From the NCBI RefSeq assembly GCF_009914755.1, contig NC_060928.1: DNA of 64,000 nucleotides. The stretch is one strand, 5' to 3'. The notes below the pieces were generated by a model that was given only the letters and a program-made list of their open reading frames with translations, did not search any database and was not told where the DNA came from. The DNA comes from the human T2T-CHM13v2.0 reference genome, Homo sapiens. Positions 22,788 through 42,674 of this stretch are shown one piece after another (position 1 is the first letter of the stretch; each line of letters starts with the position of its first letter). The position numbers and the translations under genes were made by a program.

Positions 22788-24250
22788 ACTACATATCAGA
22801 AACATACATTATATGTCAAATCAGGAAAATCAACACTAAAACATATTCTAGTAAAGTTACGTGAAAGAAAACAAATCATTTAAATAATGGACCAAAAATA
22901 GCACACAATATATAATTAGACTTTTATCTGACTTCTTGACAGCAACACTTTATCCCAGAAGATAATGAAGTAAATTTTTTAGGAAAAGGAAAAGAATGTG
23001 AACCAAAGAGTTTATATTTAGCAAAGCTGAATGAAGAGCATAAATAAAATGTGGTCAGCATGCAATAATTCAACAAAAGCCTAAGTTATTCTTAAATCTA
23101 CTAGTGAATGATGTCAGACAACCAAAATGACTAGAGAGACATGTATATTAAGACTAGTAAAGATAATTAAATATATAAGTTTTTATAGAATTGCTATTGA
23201 GGATTAAAGGAAGATACTAACCTGTGTAATAGCTATGTGATCTGACAATATGGACATAGACAAACTCTAAAAAGGGACACTGGAGATAGCATGCATGAAA
23301 ATATTTAATTGTTTTTAGTAATCACAAATGAGTACTTTTTTTTTAATTCTTTATATCCTTGAGGACCTGGATTCTCAGTTTGGAATCAAGGAGATAAGAA
23401 TGTAATAGAGAAGAAATTACAATATGGTAAAAACACCATATTTCTGAATTTAAATTGGAAATTGTGGATGAACTCAGTGTGCATCATCTATCTATAAACA
23501 ATAAATAACTCAATGTCAGTGAGTATCTCTAGCACCCAGATTTTGGTCCTAAAATACTATCTATTATTAAAAATGTTGAGACTTTTGCAGAAAAGATGGC
23601 TGATTTCAAGTCTGAAGAAAAAATGCACACTAAAACTGGAACATCTTTATACATCACAAATGAGACTACTAGTGTCATATTAATAGTCTCAGAGGCAAAC
23701 ATGAAGAGCTCACCACTGACTTCAAATAGGAAATTTTTAGCTCCAGTAAGGATAACAATGTTAGTGGATTGAAACTCATCAAATATATTTAAACTCATGA
23801 GTTTATAATAACATTAAAAAACAGCTAATTGGTAATTTTGAAAGATGATGAGGAACCAACTTATTATCTTGAAAACTGAATATGTAATGGAAGAAGTCAA
23901 GCATTTATTTTTCTTTTCTATATGAACTGCACAACTGAGTAACCAAATAGTGTGTAAATAAAATCACTACCTTATAAAGTTATCTCTGTTAAAATAAAAG
24001 CCAAATTATAAAATTTAAATCTAGACATTCAATGTCAATGGCTGTTAACAACACAAAAGAGAAAGCAGGTACTATGATAAAAGAACAAATCTATCCAAAA
24101 GTTTATCATAGGGATAGAACTCAAGTCTGATCAAGACTCCACCAGTCCATTTACACTAAATACAGAGTTCAGAAGAACATGTTGGAACACAGCACAATAT
24201 ACAATCAACAAAATCCAGATTGTAGGGAATTCTGTGGGTCAAATGTTCTG
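22350..24250 (+). mobile_element. Ancient L1 remnants (ORF1-like region plus L1MC4-like 3' end)
   Basis: A-rich strand; ctaaaacatattctagtaaag; agaaaagatggctgatttcaag; gtggattgaaactcatcaaata. Confidence 0.6.
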
Positions 24251-24851
24251 GGTCTTCGAGAAATAAATTATTAAGGAAAAAAATAAAGAGAGAAAGACAT
24301 GGAGTGGAAACTATAGCTTTAAATAAAAGACATTGTCAAGCTGAAAGAAAATGTGCTGGCCATGTTCTGCCTAAGTTTGAAAAAAATGGTCTAGAATTTC
24401 TACCTTTCAGTCACATGACATCTAGACTGTTACTAATCTCAGTTTGACATTCTTCTAAGCAGTTCAATAAACATGTGACTTTCTGGAATTAGAAAGTAAT
24501 TTTCCAACTGGAATAGTTGTTTACAAAACATATTAAGAATTTTTAGGATAAAAAGGAAGAATATATGTTTATTTTAACTCAATTTTGTCCTCTTTCCCTA
24601 CTCAGTGCTTTCAAATATGCCATTTTCTGTGTCTGAAATTGGATCTGATAGCTCGTCATCCTTCATTTCTGTGTCTAACATGTCAAATTTTGAGACAAGC
24701 TCCTCTGTGATCACTCTTTAAACCAACTTCTGTTCCTTATGAAAACAAATTCTTGTTTTATTGACTCTGCCCATGCTGTGTAGAGTTGCCCATGTGAGAA
24801 GTGTTGCCCGTATCTCAATCAGTAGCAATTTTGGGGATCTCATTAGAAACC

Positions 24852-25365
24852 TGTTGGGGAATAGGACCCCAAATCTGGCCATAAACTGGCCCCAAAACTG
24901 GCCATAAACAAAATCTCTGCAGCACTGTGACATGTTTGTGATGGCCATGACGCCCACACTGAAGGTTGTGGGTTTACCAGAATGAGGGCAAGAAACACCT
25001 GGCCTACTCAAGGTGGAAAAACCGCTTAAAGGCATTCCTAAGCCACAAACAATAGCATGAGCAATCTGTGCCTTAAGGACATGTTCCTGCTGCAGATAAC
25101 TAGCCAGAGCCCATCGCTTTGTTTCTGCCCATCCCTTTGTTTCCCATAAGGAATATTTTTAGTAAATCTATAATCTACAGAAACAATGCTTATCACTGGT
25201 TTGCTATCAATAAATATGTGGGGAAATCTCTGTTCGAGGCTCTCAGCTTTGAAGGCCGTGAGACCCCTGATTTCCCACTCCACATACTATATTTCTGTGT
25301 GAGTGTGTCTTTAATTCCTCTAGTGCCAATGGGTTAGGGTCTCCACAACCGAGCTGGTCTTGGCA
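24852..25365 (+). mobile_element. MER9 solo LTR (HERV-K HML-3 / HERVK9)
   Basis: TG...CA ends; ccccaaatctggccataaactggccccaaaactggccataaacaaaatctctgcagcac; aataaa; perfect 6-bp TSD gaaacc at 24846-24851 and 25366-25371. Confidence 0.92.
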
Positions 25366-26199
25366 GAAACCACCCCTTGTTTTCTCTATCCATTGCAACC
25401 GAGTATCTGTTAAATGTCTCTCACAGGCCTCTCATTACACTTTATATTTTGCAACTCTGGAAAATGTTTTTCTTTAATATTTCCCAAAACTCAAGAAGCA
25501 AATTTATTATAGGCTGTGTAGCTTATAATCATACCTTTTAATGTATATCCTTGAATCTCGTGATCATTTTTAGTCATCTTTTTAAAAAATGTGGCAACAT
25601 ACATGCAAAAAATTTTGCATATATATGTATACATTGTATTCTTTATATATTTATTGCCCAGTGTCCCTACACACTAGAAATGATGGTTCATGAAAGAATT
25701 AAATGTGTATCTATATATTTTTCATTACAATTCCCAGTTCCTAGCATTATACATGAAAGAGAAGCCTGTTGATATCTATTAAGTAAATGCCTAAGTGTCT
25801 AAACAAATTTAATTTGTTAGTATCTTTCTTTATGTGCATTACCCAGTATAAATACATGATTCCAAATGTGATCTATGGCAGAGTGCAGTGATTCCACATG
25901 TTCCCTTAATCTGAATGTCCTCCAACCAACTTTTATTATTGACATTTTTAATACAGTGAAATTTGATTGTCATTTATCTTTGTTAAATTTTCTTTTACAT
26001 TTTCTAATCTAGGAGTCCAACTTGTTGAGATCATTTTGGATATTCCAAAATATGAGCTGTCTTTCCCAGATTTATAGAAGCAACAAATTTGCCTTCATAC
26101 AAGGCATTGATAAAAATATTGCACAATGAAGCCCACTATAGAATACTGAGGGCCTAAATGGCCTTTTCTTTTATAGGCGAGGGTCTCAAAATCAACTAC

Positions 26200-26314
26200 A
26201 TTTATAATATTCTTCCTCAGAATTGTAATCCAACTCTACTTTATTCTTTCTGTTTCCAAAGGTTGCTTGAGGAAATTTCTCAAATGATGGGATGAAAACA
26301 AAGTGAGATTGAAA
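26200..26314 (-). CDS. Candidate 115-bp exon (FQSHFVFIPSFEKFPQATFGNRKNKVELDYNSEEEYYK)
   Basis: Long pyrimidine tract tctctttcccatttcctctgtttctctctttaag; open frame; weak donor AAT|gtagtt. Confidence 0.25.
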
Positions 26315-28039
26315 CTTAAAGAGAGAAACAGAGGAAATGGGAAAGAGAGAACTATTGATTAAATAATCCGTTAATGTGATCAAGATGAAAATGAGGATCA
26401 TTTGGCATAGTTTATTTTTAACAAAAGTATTTTTGAATTCCTGTGATACTGCCTTTATTTCTGAGTCCTAAAACATTATTCAGTTAGCATTGCTTTCTCA
26501 CAAAGTTGTGGAATTCATTCATTGTTTCCCTAGTTTAGTTTTTAAAATATATACCTTCTTTCCCTTGGAAATTTGAGAAAATATTTGCATAAACACCAGC
26601 CTTTATCAACCTTAAACCTTTTGTATAATTATGCTTGATGGATTTCAAGAGGCTTTATAGTAAAATATACATATTAATTTTATAATAAATATTTATCAGA
26701 TATTAATTTTGTCAGAGTGTTGGGAATCTGGCCATACTCTAATAGATATTACAGATAGGTGCATTTATTTGTTGAAAAATATTTGGAATATTTTTCAGCA
26801 GCATCTGATAAAGACTAAGATTTAATTTTTACATCTAATTTATTTTATATCTAATTTATTTATAAACTTTCTTCATCAATTCTGATGGCTCAGACTTTGA
26901 CTTCACTTCTAACCGTTGCTACTGCCACTTAACTAGACAGGTAAACTTTTCCTCATTTCTTAAACTTGCCAGCCTTTCTCCTATTTGTGTTATGAGATAA
27001 TAGTCCTTTACATAATACAGTTTTGAAAAATGAAAGTAAAGTGGTAGATTTAAGGCAATTTTCATAGTACTTAACACCTAAAAATATCTCAATAAATGTT
27101 TATTTTCATAATAACTTCCATAATGAAAAAGACTGCAACTGCTCATTAATGTGCATTTGTGCAATTCATCTATTAATACATTATAAATGAGCTAGAATAG
27201 AACCTAAAACCATAAAGTGTATTTTTCTGTATGCATATGTTTATATTCTCCTTATTTTGGATCACCCAGCCTAATGCAATCCAGATTTGACAGAGGACAG
27301 AGAAAAATTAGGTTGGGTGGAGCCTTGTAAACTTCATAACATAACAGTAGGGGGCTGTTTTTGGAGTAAGATTGTTTTATAGCCAAACAACAACAACAAC
27401 AACAATTCTGAAGAAGCAATGGTATATATTCTGAGACTTGGCCTGAAAGACACCAAGCAATTCAGTTTCCTGACCAAAAATAGTTTCTGTTATTTCTTTA
27501 CCACAAAAATCAGAACAGTCTGTAACATGCTTTTGGGAAATGAAAAGATACCAAAGTTCAAATTAGGAAAATATATGGAAATATGAGAAATGAAAGACTT
27601 GAACCAATTTGGCTTTATCTACATTTTATAATAAAGAGGTTTAAATCATTGGGATTTTTCTGACTATCAGGCTTAGAAACATTGTCATTAAAAATAAAAC
27701 ATGTGGTGGCCATATTAAAAATGAGAACAACTAGTTTCTTCATTCTTAAGAAAATGCATCATCAGGCTTGATTTTGCCTCTGAACTCTGAAATATGGAAT
27801 GAAAAAGAAAACCCATGAAAGAACTAAACTTGGGCTTATTTTGTTTTGAAATTATTATTCTCTTTGGAAAAAAAGAACAAAAAAAATCATGTTCCTCCTT
27901 ATTAGTAAATTAGAAGACTCTTAAGAATTTTCTGAGAAACTTCTGTAAGTCTGCCCAATAATACTCTGAAGAATGTTTGCAAACTATTCTCACTTAAGAT
28001 TACAGGTTATCCTGGCAAAATATATTTTTTCTTGGTCAC

Positions 28040-28600
28040 AATAAGTAGGTTTGATTCTCAGCTACCTCACCTCTTATGTCATTGTGGAGAAATTACTTAA
28101 TCTCTCTAAGGCTCAGTGTCATCATCTGTAGTAAGGTGACAACAGTTTTAAAGATTAAACATGATAAAGAGTATAAAGTACTAAGCACAATACTAGGTAC
28201 ATGTAGGGTCAATAATAAAAATAATAATATAAAATGTATATTAATAATATATAAATATATATTATTATGTCTATAAATGTTAATTATATTCAACTAGTAA
28301 TTATAAATGTACAATATATTTATAATATAGTATAACTTTATAAAAATATAATATAATAATATTAGTAGTATCATTGTTTTTGTTATTTGAAGTCAAACTG
28401 TTCAGTTGTAAATCATCCCAACTCTGCACTTTATTAGTTATGGCATCTAGAACAAGTGAGAATCATTTTGTGACTTAGATGTTCATCTGTAAAATGGGAA
28501 TAACAGTAGCACTTACCTCTTAAAATTGCTTTTAAAGATTTATTGAGTTAGGGTATGAAAAATATTCACATACAAAGAACTTGCACACAGACACAGCCAG
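28040..28600. mobile_element. Two MIR fragments separated by AT-rich low-complexity DNA
   Basis: ttacttaatctctctaaggctcagtgtcatcatctgta at ~28095; catctgtaaaatgggaataacagtagcacttacctc at ~28485. Confidence 0.7.
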
Positions 28601-28608
28601 CTACCTAA

Positions 28609-31531
<2,923 letters not shown>

Positions 31532-31779
31532 TATCTTCTGTTCACTACAGATAATTGCTTTTTGTGTTTTTCATCTTTCCCTACCAAGTTGGAATCTGTG
31601 GCAGTGCCAAAGAAAGCATTAGTGGATGAAAAAATTGAGCATATTATCTTCTACCTACGTATAAGTGAATATTTTTGTTTTTTCTCTTAAAGAGAAAGCT
31701 ATTTTCTGCATCCAGGGCTTTGCCATGATTTCCTGTTTGTCCAGTGGCTGTATTTTACTCCTCTCTTGGTTCTTTGTAG

Positions 31780-32070
31780 TCATCCTTCAGGTCTCCATGT
31801 AGACAACTACACTAGAAAGCCTTCCCTGAACCTCCTCTAAGAGTGGACTCTCATGTACTCCAGTGATGTACTGTATTTTATTCCCCATATCACACCACCA
31901 CATTGACTTACAATTGCCTGTGCAATCACTACCTTTTCTTGCAAAACAATAACCTCCTTGATGGTAGGGCCCATATTCATTTTTTCATCATTATATCCTC
32001 AGCAATATAATCAGTTGTCTGGTATGGCATAATATATTGTCTTCGTATTTATTAGTTTAATTAACAAGCA
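31780..32070 (+). mobile_element. L2 3' fragment
   Basis: catccttcaggtctc...aaagccttccctga...aacctccttgatggtagggcc...ttatatcctcagca. Confidence 0.55.
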
Positions 32071-32153
32071 GATGAATCTGCACAGACCAGCATGTAACAT
32101 TGCATGGCTTGGGGCAAAAGTGTAAATTGAAGCCCAAATTAACAGATGTCCAA

Positions 32154-35290
<3,137 letters not shown>

Positions 35291-35450
35291 TATCTATTCT
35301 CTTATTTTGATATGCTTAAGGCTATGATTTTTATATAATTAAAATTTAGTAAACATGTTAAAAATGAATTAAATTATTGCAAGTGTCTGGGAGTTCTACT
35401 GATGGTCTGGAGATATTTGGAAGAGTAATTTTTAAAGGAGTGGAAATATA

Positions 35451-35773
35451 TGATATGGTTTTGCTGTGTCCCCATCCAAATCTCATCTTGAATTCCCACA
35501 TGGTATGAGAGGGAACTGCTGGGAGGTAATTGAATTATGGGGGCAGCTCGTTCCCATGATGTTCTCATGGTAGTGAATAAGTATCATGAGATCTGATCAA
35601 GCTCTCTTTGCCTGCTGCCATCCATGTAAGGTGTGACTAGCTCCTCCTTGACTTCCACCATGATTGTGAGGCCTCCTCAGCCACTTGGAATTGTAAATCC
35701 ATTAAACCTCTTTCTTCTGTAAATTGCCCAGTCTCAGGTATGTATTTATCAGCAGTGTGAAAATGAACTAAAT
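35451..35773 (+). mobile_element. THE1 (MaLR) solo LTR
   Basis: tgatatggttttgctgtgtccccatccaaatctcatcttg...cagcagtgtgaaaatgaactaa. Confidence 0.88.
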
Positions 35774-36891
35774 AAATATATATGTATATAATGTCTCATA
35801 ATTTTGTTCTTGAAAAATTGTTATGTAGTAAAATTAAGATATTCATATGTTTATTCAAATAATGATAATCAAATGAATTAAAGTAAAATGTAATTGCATT
35901 AAAACTATTCACAATCTGAATATACATTCACAAAATAAAGAGCAGCTTAAAATAAAACATGATTTCACGTTTTTCAAAACATAGTTTTCTTCTCGAATAT
36001 TAAATAACTTTAAAATTAAAAACTAAGTAAAAATAATAAATTAATAGTAATTTTTAAATTTAATAAAACAAGGTTGACATTTCATTTAATTTTTAATTCA
36101 AAATAATTTGCAATATAGTATTTTATATTCTATTGCACCTAATATAGATGTAATATGGTGATGTTAACATTATATTATGTACTATATATGTATATATTTT
36201 AATGCATGAACCACACATTGGAACCCTAGAACTATATAAGAAATTGGACATATTTTGATATGTAAGAATATATTGTTTCCATGCTACCTCAGATAAGGAA
36301 ACTGACAATTTGGCCAAGTTGTCTTTGCTTTTATTTATGCACTGCACTGTCAAATTCTTTCTCAACTCCAAAGTAGCCTTCTTCTCCAACATCAGAAGCA
36401 GAGCAACCACAAACATTTACAGAACTCAGATGCACTTGCCTTTTGTTTCAAGGACATAGGCACAGAGAAGTAGAGAAATACTTCTCTGAGGCCTGAACAG
36501 TATCAGTCATGAGATCACATATTTAAGGTTACTGGTTTATGCTGCAATACGAATGAACACTGTACCTCAAGTCACAGAGGCATCCATGAATTGTTTAATA
36601 CATTTGTTCACTTTTTCCCTGTGAAGTCCTCTAAAGCAAGGGACTGTGGGAAAAGACCCTTCTTACCTTCATGATACAAATCTGCATCACTGTGCATATT
36701 GTAAAAGTCTTTATGAATTGCCTGAATGCTTAATTCCAAACAAAAATCAGCCCATTGAAGGCAGAGACTGTAATTTTTCATTTTTATTAAGTAACAAATG
36801 CAGTGCCAGCTACAAGAACTCAATTAATGCAAACGCTTTAAAAAATGAATGAATAATTGAATGAATAGGTTAATATTATTGTGGTAAGTAC

Positions 36892-36989
36892 CATCTAACT
36901 TCCATAGAGGCTTAGAAAGCTTTCTTCTAGGACTTTAAATCATCTAACTTCCATAGAGCCTTAGAAAGCTTTCTTCTAGGACTTTAAAT
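36892..36989. repeat. 49-bp tandem duplication (2 copies, 1 mismatch)
   Basis: catctaacttccatagag(g/c)cttagaaagctttcttctaggactttaaat twice. Confidence 0.97.
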
Positions 36990-38025
36990 CGCTAAAGCAT
37001 CATATTTTTCCTATTTAGTTCCCAGTGGTTATAGTTTACATCATTGACATTCAAAAGTAAAAATGTGATTTTTTTTATACATCTTCACTCAGTAATGACA
37101 AGAAAAAAATATTTTCTTGGTTTGGGCTAGGACATCATTTACATTCTATTTCCATCCATAAATATTAAGACATTCACCTTGATCTACATATATATAATTT
37201 TATTGCTTAAAATCTGTTTACTATTTTATTTAAAAATATTGTTTTTGATTTTTTTATGTTTACAGCTCAAACATATACTGCAAGACTACTAGAGGGCTTG
37301 CGATTTTAATTTAAGATGGATGTGGGAACTACTGCAATATCTATCTCAATGACTTTTTGAAATTTTTTGAAAAAGAACAGTGATTTTCTATGCAAATGTA
37401 TATGAAACACACAAATACACAAGTCCCTATGATGAAGAAATACTAGGAATATTCATAATGGAAAGCCTTTTTGTGTATGTCTGTGAATGTCCTGTATTAT
37501 CAATAGGGCTTTTCAAGATAATTAAATGATACCAGGCAAATTTTGTCTGCACTTAGAAAAGTTTTCTTCTTAGATATTCAAAGAAAGCAGTTGTCAAATG
37601 TCCTCTTGCAAGTTCACCTAATGTATTGTTTCCACATGTGTTAAACTTATAGCTCACTGCTAACTTGGAGACGAGGGTATCTGGTTGTCAAAGCTTTCAA
37701 TAATAGGCTGTTTAATTCATTTTACTATGGTGATGTTTGGGAAACATTTTCATTCAACAAATTATAAAAGGTCACTTTACGCAAACTTGTAGTTTAACAT
37801 TAGAGAAACTTTCCACTAAATAAAATCTAGATGTTTCATGTCTGTGCTTGAGATGAAATTTTAGAGCACACTCTTTATCTTCATTTCTCAGTAAAATTTA
37901 CAGACTTGTACATCTTTCAGTTTGGTCACAGACAAAAATCTAGATGAATACACACAGCATAAAATCCAGTACATGTTTATGTGTTGCCTACTCAGTGAAA
38001 AGATTTTACTGTTTAGTTCATCACC

Positions 38026-38607
38026 TGTATTAGTCAGGGTTCTCTAGAGGGACAGATCTAATAGGATACACGTATATATAAAGGGGAGTTTATCAGGATA
38101 ATTGACTCACACGATCACAAGGTGAAGTCCCCACAATAGGCCATCTGCAAGTTGAGAAGCCAGGAAGCCAGTACGAGTCCCCAAATCTCAAAAGTAGGGA
38201 AGCCAATAGGGCAGTCTTTAGTCTGTGTCCAAAGGCCCAAAAGCCCCTGGCAAATTACTAGTGTAAGTCCAGGAATCCAAAAGCTGAAGAACTTGGATTC
38301 TATTGTTCAAGGACAGGAAGCATCCAGCACAGGAGAAAGATGGAGGCCAGAAGGCTTAGCCAATCTAGTCTTTCCATGTTCTTCTGCCTGCTTTTATTCT
38401 GGCTGTACTAGCAGCTGGTTAGATTGTGCCTACCCAGATTGAGGGTGAGTCTGCCTTTCCCAGTCCACTGACTCAAGTGTTAATCTCCTTTGGTAACATC
38501 CCCACGGACACACCCAGGAATAATACTTTGCATCCTTCAATCCAATCAAGTTGACAACATTGACCATCACAAGTCTACCCTGTGTCAACCTGAACCCATA
38601 AACATCT
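38026..38607 (-). mobile_element. MLT2A LTR (38026-38571) plus a short HERV-L internal 3' end with PPT
   Basis: tgtattagtcagggttctctagaggg...caatccaatcaagttgaca...ccatcaca followed by agtctaccc.tgtcaac. Confidence 0.85.
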
Positions 38608-38609
38608 TC

Positions 38610-39489
38610 TCAAAAAATTGGTTTTTCTTTTCTAACGTATTGTCAGGCTGCAAATTTTCTGAACTTTTATGCTCTGCTTCCCTTTTAAACATAAGGTCCA
38701 ATTCCCAACCACATTGTTGTGAAAACACAAAACGTAATGCTTTTAACAGCACCCAAGTCATCTCTTGAATGTTTTGCTGCTTAAAAATTCCTTCCACCAG
38801 ATACTCTAAATCATCTCTCTCAAGTTCAAAGTTCCACAGATCACTAGGGCAGGGGCAAAATGCTGCCAGTCTTCTTGCTAAAGCATGATAAGAGTCACCT
38901 TTGCTCCAGTTCCCAACAAGTTCCTCATCTCCATCTGAGACCACCTCAACCTGGACTTCATTGTCCATGTCACAATCAGCATTTTGGTAAAAGCCATTCA
39001 ACAAGTCTCTAGGAAGTTTCCCACATTTTCCTGTTTTCTGAGCCCTCCAAACTCTTCCAACCTCTACCTGTTACCCAGTTCCAAAGTCACTTCCACATTT
39101 TCAGGTATCTTTACAGCAGCACCAAATCCTGGTTCCAATTTACTGTATTAGTCTGTTCTCACACTGCTAATAAAGACATACTTGAGACTGGGTAATTTAC
39201 AATGGAGACAATGTTTAATGGACTCACAGTTCCACATGGATGGGGAGGTCTCACAATCATGGTGGAAGGCAAAGGAAGAGCAAGGCATGTCTTCCATGGT
39301 GGCAGGCAAGAGAGCATGTGCAGGGGAACTCCCCTTTATAATATCTTCAGGTCTCATGAGACTCATTCACTGTCACAAGAACAGCATGGGAAAAACTCGC
39401 CCCATGATTCAAGTACATCCCACTGGGTGCCTCCCACAACACATGGGGATTATTACAATTCAAGTTGAGATTTGGTCTTGGACATAGAG
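38610..39489 (-). mobile_element. MST/THE1 internal 5' segment (38610-39143) plus MST LTR (39144-39489)
   Basis: MaLR-int ORF remnant DNEVQVEVVSDGDEELVGNWSKGDSYHALARRLAAFCPCP; ccaatttac|tgtattagtc junction; LTR body gagactgggtaattta...gagatttgg. Confidence 0.88.
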
Positions 39490-39654
39490 TCACCCTTGAT
39501 ACTTTGTATCTGATGATACAAAAAGTTTACATATTTTAAACCAAAAAATTGTCCGCATATATATGCACTTGTCATTGTGGTACCTGCTTGTCATTAAAAA
39601 AAAAAAATGGTCTGTAGATATAGCCAAAAGATGTCTTATGCATTCTTATGTTTC

Positions 39655-39656
39655 TC

Positions 39657-39693
<37 letters not shown>

Positions 39694-39705
39694 CTCTCTC
39701 TTTCT
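39655..39705. repeat. (TC)n microsatellite
   Basis: tctctc run. Confidence 0.9.
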
Positions 39706-40699
39706 CCTTTAACTTGACAAATTTTTCAATGTTAAGTATGTGCTAGGTGCTATTGTAGACTTCAAATGGTGGGGTTTGAATAAGAAACAAGGCAGAGATC
39801 CTTATATAATGGATTTTATATTTGAAAGGCCAACAAGCTGTGCTATTAAGTAAGAAAATTTGTAGGAAAAATAAAGAAAGAGAATGATAGGTGTTAGGAA
39901 AATGACTCAAGAGAGTAGAGAATGGAAAGTTTCTTCAGAGATGTGATGATGTCAGGTGGGTAAACAGGAGGGGATTCTCTCTGAAGTGACAGAAGGGATG
40001 GGCAGCTTCCTGTCTAAAACTGACCCTTCTACCAGTTCTCCAAATCTCATCCAGTTTTCTTGGAAATCTTCTTCTATTAATTTATTATTTCTCTAACTGG
40101 TATCTTCAACTCCTCCTCTATACTGAACACCAGTGTATTTTTGCTTTTAAGCCCCCTTTTTCCCTTTTACTGGAAACATCAACCATTCTAAAGAGAACAA
40201 TTCCTCCACCATCTCTAATTGTTTCAATGGCATTCTAAGTCATAGTTTTCCACCCCTCTGGATTGTAGTAGGATGGTGCCTACTACGATCCTGGCCAATT
40301 ATATTTTATAGTCCTCTACTCATAGCTAATGTCTCAGAGATGGACAGATGAACCTAATCTGATCAAAGTTCTCTAAGATTATATGTGTGCTGATGCTGTG
40401 AGAGCGATATTTTCTTATTTCTATGGAATGTGAAACAACATCATTTGGAGCCCTGGATTCTCAGTCAGTCCCATTCCTGAATATCACTGATTTCTGATTT
40501 AGTACCTATTCTTTAATTATTTGATATAAGTCTCTGCAACCAGAAGAGTCCTGAATATGTGTCCACTGCTTTGGTTCTTCTTTCCATTATGTAGATATGC
40601 TCAATCCTTTCCTCTTAAAAGCAAAATAAATTGCCTATTCTCATACGATGTTCTTATCTAGATACTGTTTCTCTTATTCTCTCTCTCTCCCTTTCTCTT

Positions 40700-41930
40700 C
40701 TTTTACACTAAGTACTTAATAAAGTTGTATGACTTAATGTATCTATTCCCTTACTTCACCATTTTATTCCTTATTTTATTAACTAGTCATTTTTCAGTTT
40801 GATTTCTGTTCCCACCACAGAACTCTGAAATTATTTGTAACAAAATTATTACTAATGACCTTGTTGAAAAATTGAATGAACATTGCTCAGATCTTGCTCC
40901 ACTTGATGTGAAATACAGAAATATTTTGTGCTATTGCTGGTGAAGGCATCAGTCCTGACTTGGTTTTCCACTTACCTCTCTACTGACTCTCTCTCCTGAT
41001 TATTGTTCACATTTATGTCTCTTACATATTTGGTGTTTCCTGTGGTGCTCTCTTTGTATCTCTTCTCTTGTGGTTCCTTCTCTATAGACTGTCTCAAGCT
41101 TTCTTAGGGTTCCAATTGCCACATATTCTTCATGAATACAAAATCAACATTTCCTGCCACTAACCTGAATTCAAAGATCCAGACACACGTAGATATTAAG
41201 GCTTTAAATATTTTCTATACTTCAACAGGACCTTAAATGCAATAGGTGCAAAACTGAGCTCATCATATTATTTCTGTATCTCCATCCTGAGTTCCCCATC
41301 TCATTAAAGAGCACTACAGACCACCTGTGTTTCAAGCCAGACACTGGCATCTAAAAGGCAATTTAACTTAAGGGCTATTCTGAGACCTAAATAACATAGA
41401 AATTACCTAACGGTTATCCTAGCCTAACATGCTCAATTAAGAGCATGAATGCAAAAAACATGCTCTAAAACAATAAAGAGAATATTACACATTTTAATAA
41501 ATAAGGCTTCTTACTGTCACTCTCAGTATAAACATCCATTTTAAGAACAGACCTATTTTAAGAAATTGTGACATGGATAATATTCACCTTTCACACAGAT
41601 AAATAGGATCAAGGTCATTCCATCTCATTTATGTAGTGTTTCATTAAAAGAAAATCTCCACTTCCTCAGCACAAAGCCCTTTCTACTTCCTAACACAGGC
41701 TGTAGCCGTGTTTGAAAAATCCCTGCTCATTCTTAAGATTGCATGCCAACCATTGCTTTCTCAGAGAAGCCTCTGAACATTGATTCCTTCCCACTGAGGG
41801 CTCCCCCAGCTTCTGGTGCATTCTCCTGTAAGAACATTTATCATGTTCTACAGCCATTGTTTGTTTATGAGTGAGTCCCCTGCTGTATGCTTGGAACTTC
41901 TTGAACATGAGGGCTTTGTCTTCACCAACA
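40700..41930 (+). mobile_element. Fragmented L2
   Basis: aaaattattactaatgacc...aatgaacattgctcag; caaaactgagctcatc; cagagaagcctctga; ggaacttcttgaacatgagggctttgtc. Confidence 0.6.
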
Positions 41931-42674
41931 CTACATCTCTAAATTTAAATTGATGAGAACTTTCTGTGAAACATGCACATTTTACATGGACTGTAAAATC
42001 CTCCCTTTCCTAATTACAAACTTGTGAGTTGTGAGACATTCCCAGAAAAGCAGAGTGACTGACTACAGCAGTCAAAGAGATGCTTCCCTTATATTTCACA
42101 GTTGTATAGTAAATCAACATTTTTTCCTGTGTACCTCCGGCCATATAAGACATATATGTAAAATGGCATTTATCAATTGGGTCTTCATTTTGAATACCCA
42201 CAAAGCTGTACATGGGATTGTCCTGACCATCGTCTTAGATTTAGAAAGTTTGTTGTGAAGAACATTTGCTTATCTCAGCTGTCTTTGATTTACTCTGTAG
42301 CTTGACTTTCAAATGGAATCTTCTGATTTGAGTTTATTTCATGACTAATGCTGTAAAATGCTGATTGCTTGAATTAAATCCTCTTTGCTCCTACAGCCGC
42401 TTAAACACGCAATCACTAACAAAAAGAACAAAACAATGTGAGCTTTCCAAGATTCAAAAGCACTCTGTGCAGTGTTTCCAGGTAGGCTAAATAAGAAATG
42501 ACGGAAAGTGGTGGTAGAAAGGTGCTTAATCTCAGCATGCATCCATGAAGGGTGACTTCTAGGTCTTGGTTCATATTTTTGAAAGTCTTTTATAAAATTA
42601 TCAAAAATGTGTGATTCAAGAAATCCAGTCTATCCTTACAGCTCAATGACCTTCAATACATTTATAAAAATATC

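Noticed and set aside
38585-39004. 139-aa ORF as a novel protein
   Set aside because: It matches the well-known MaLR (MST/THE1) internal ORF remnant.
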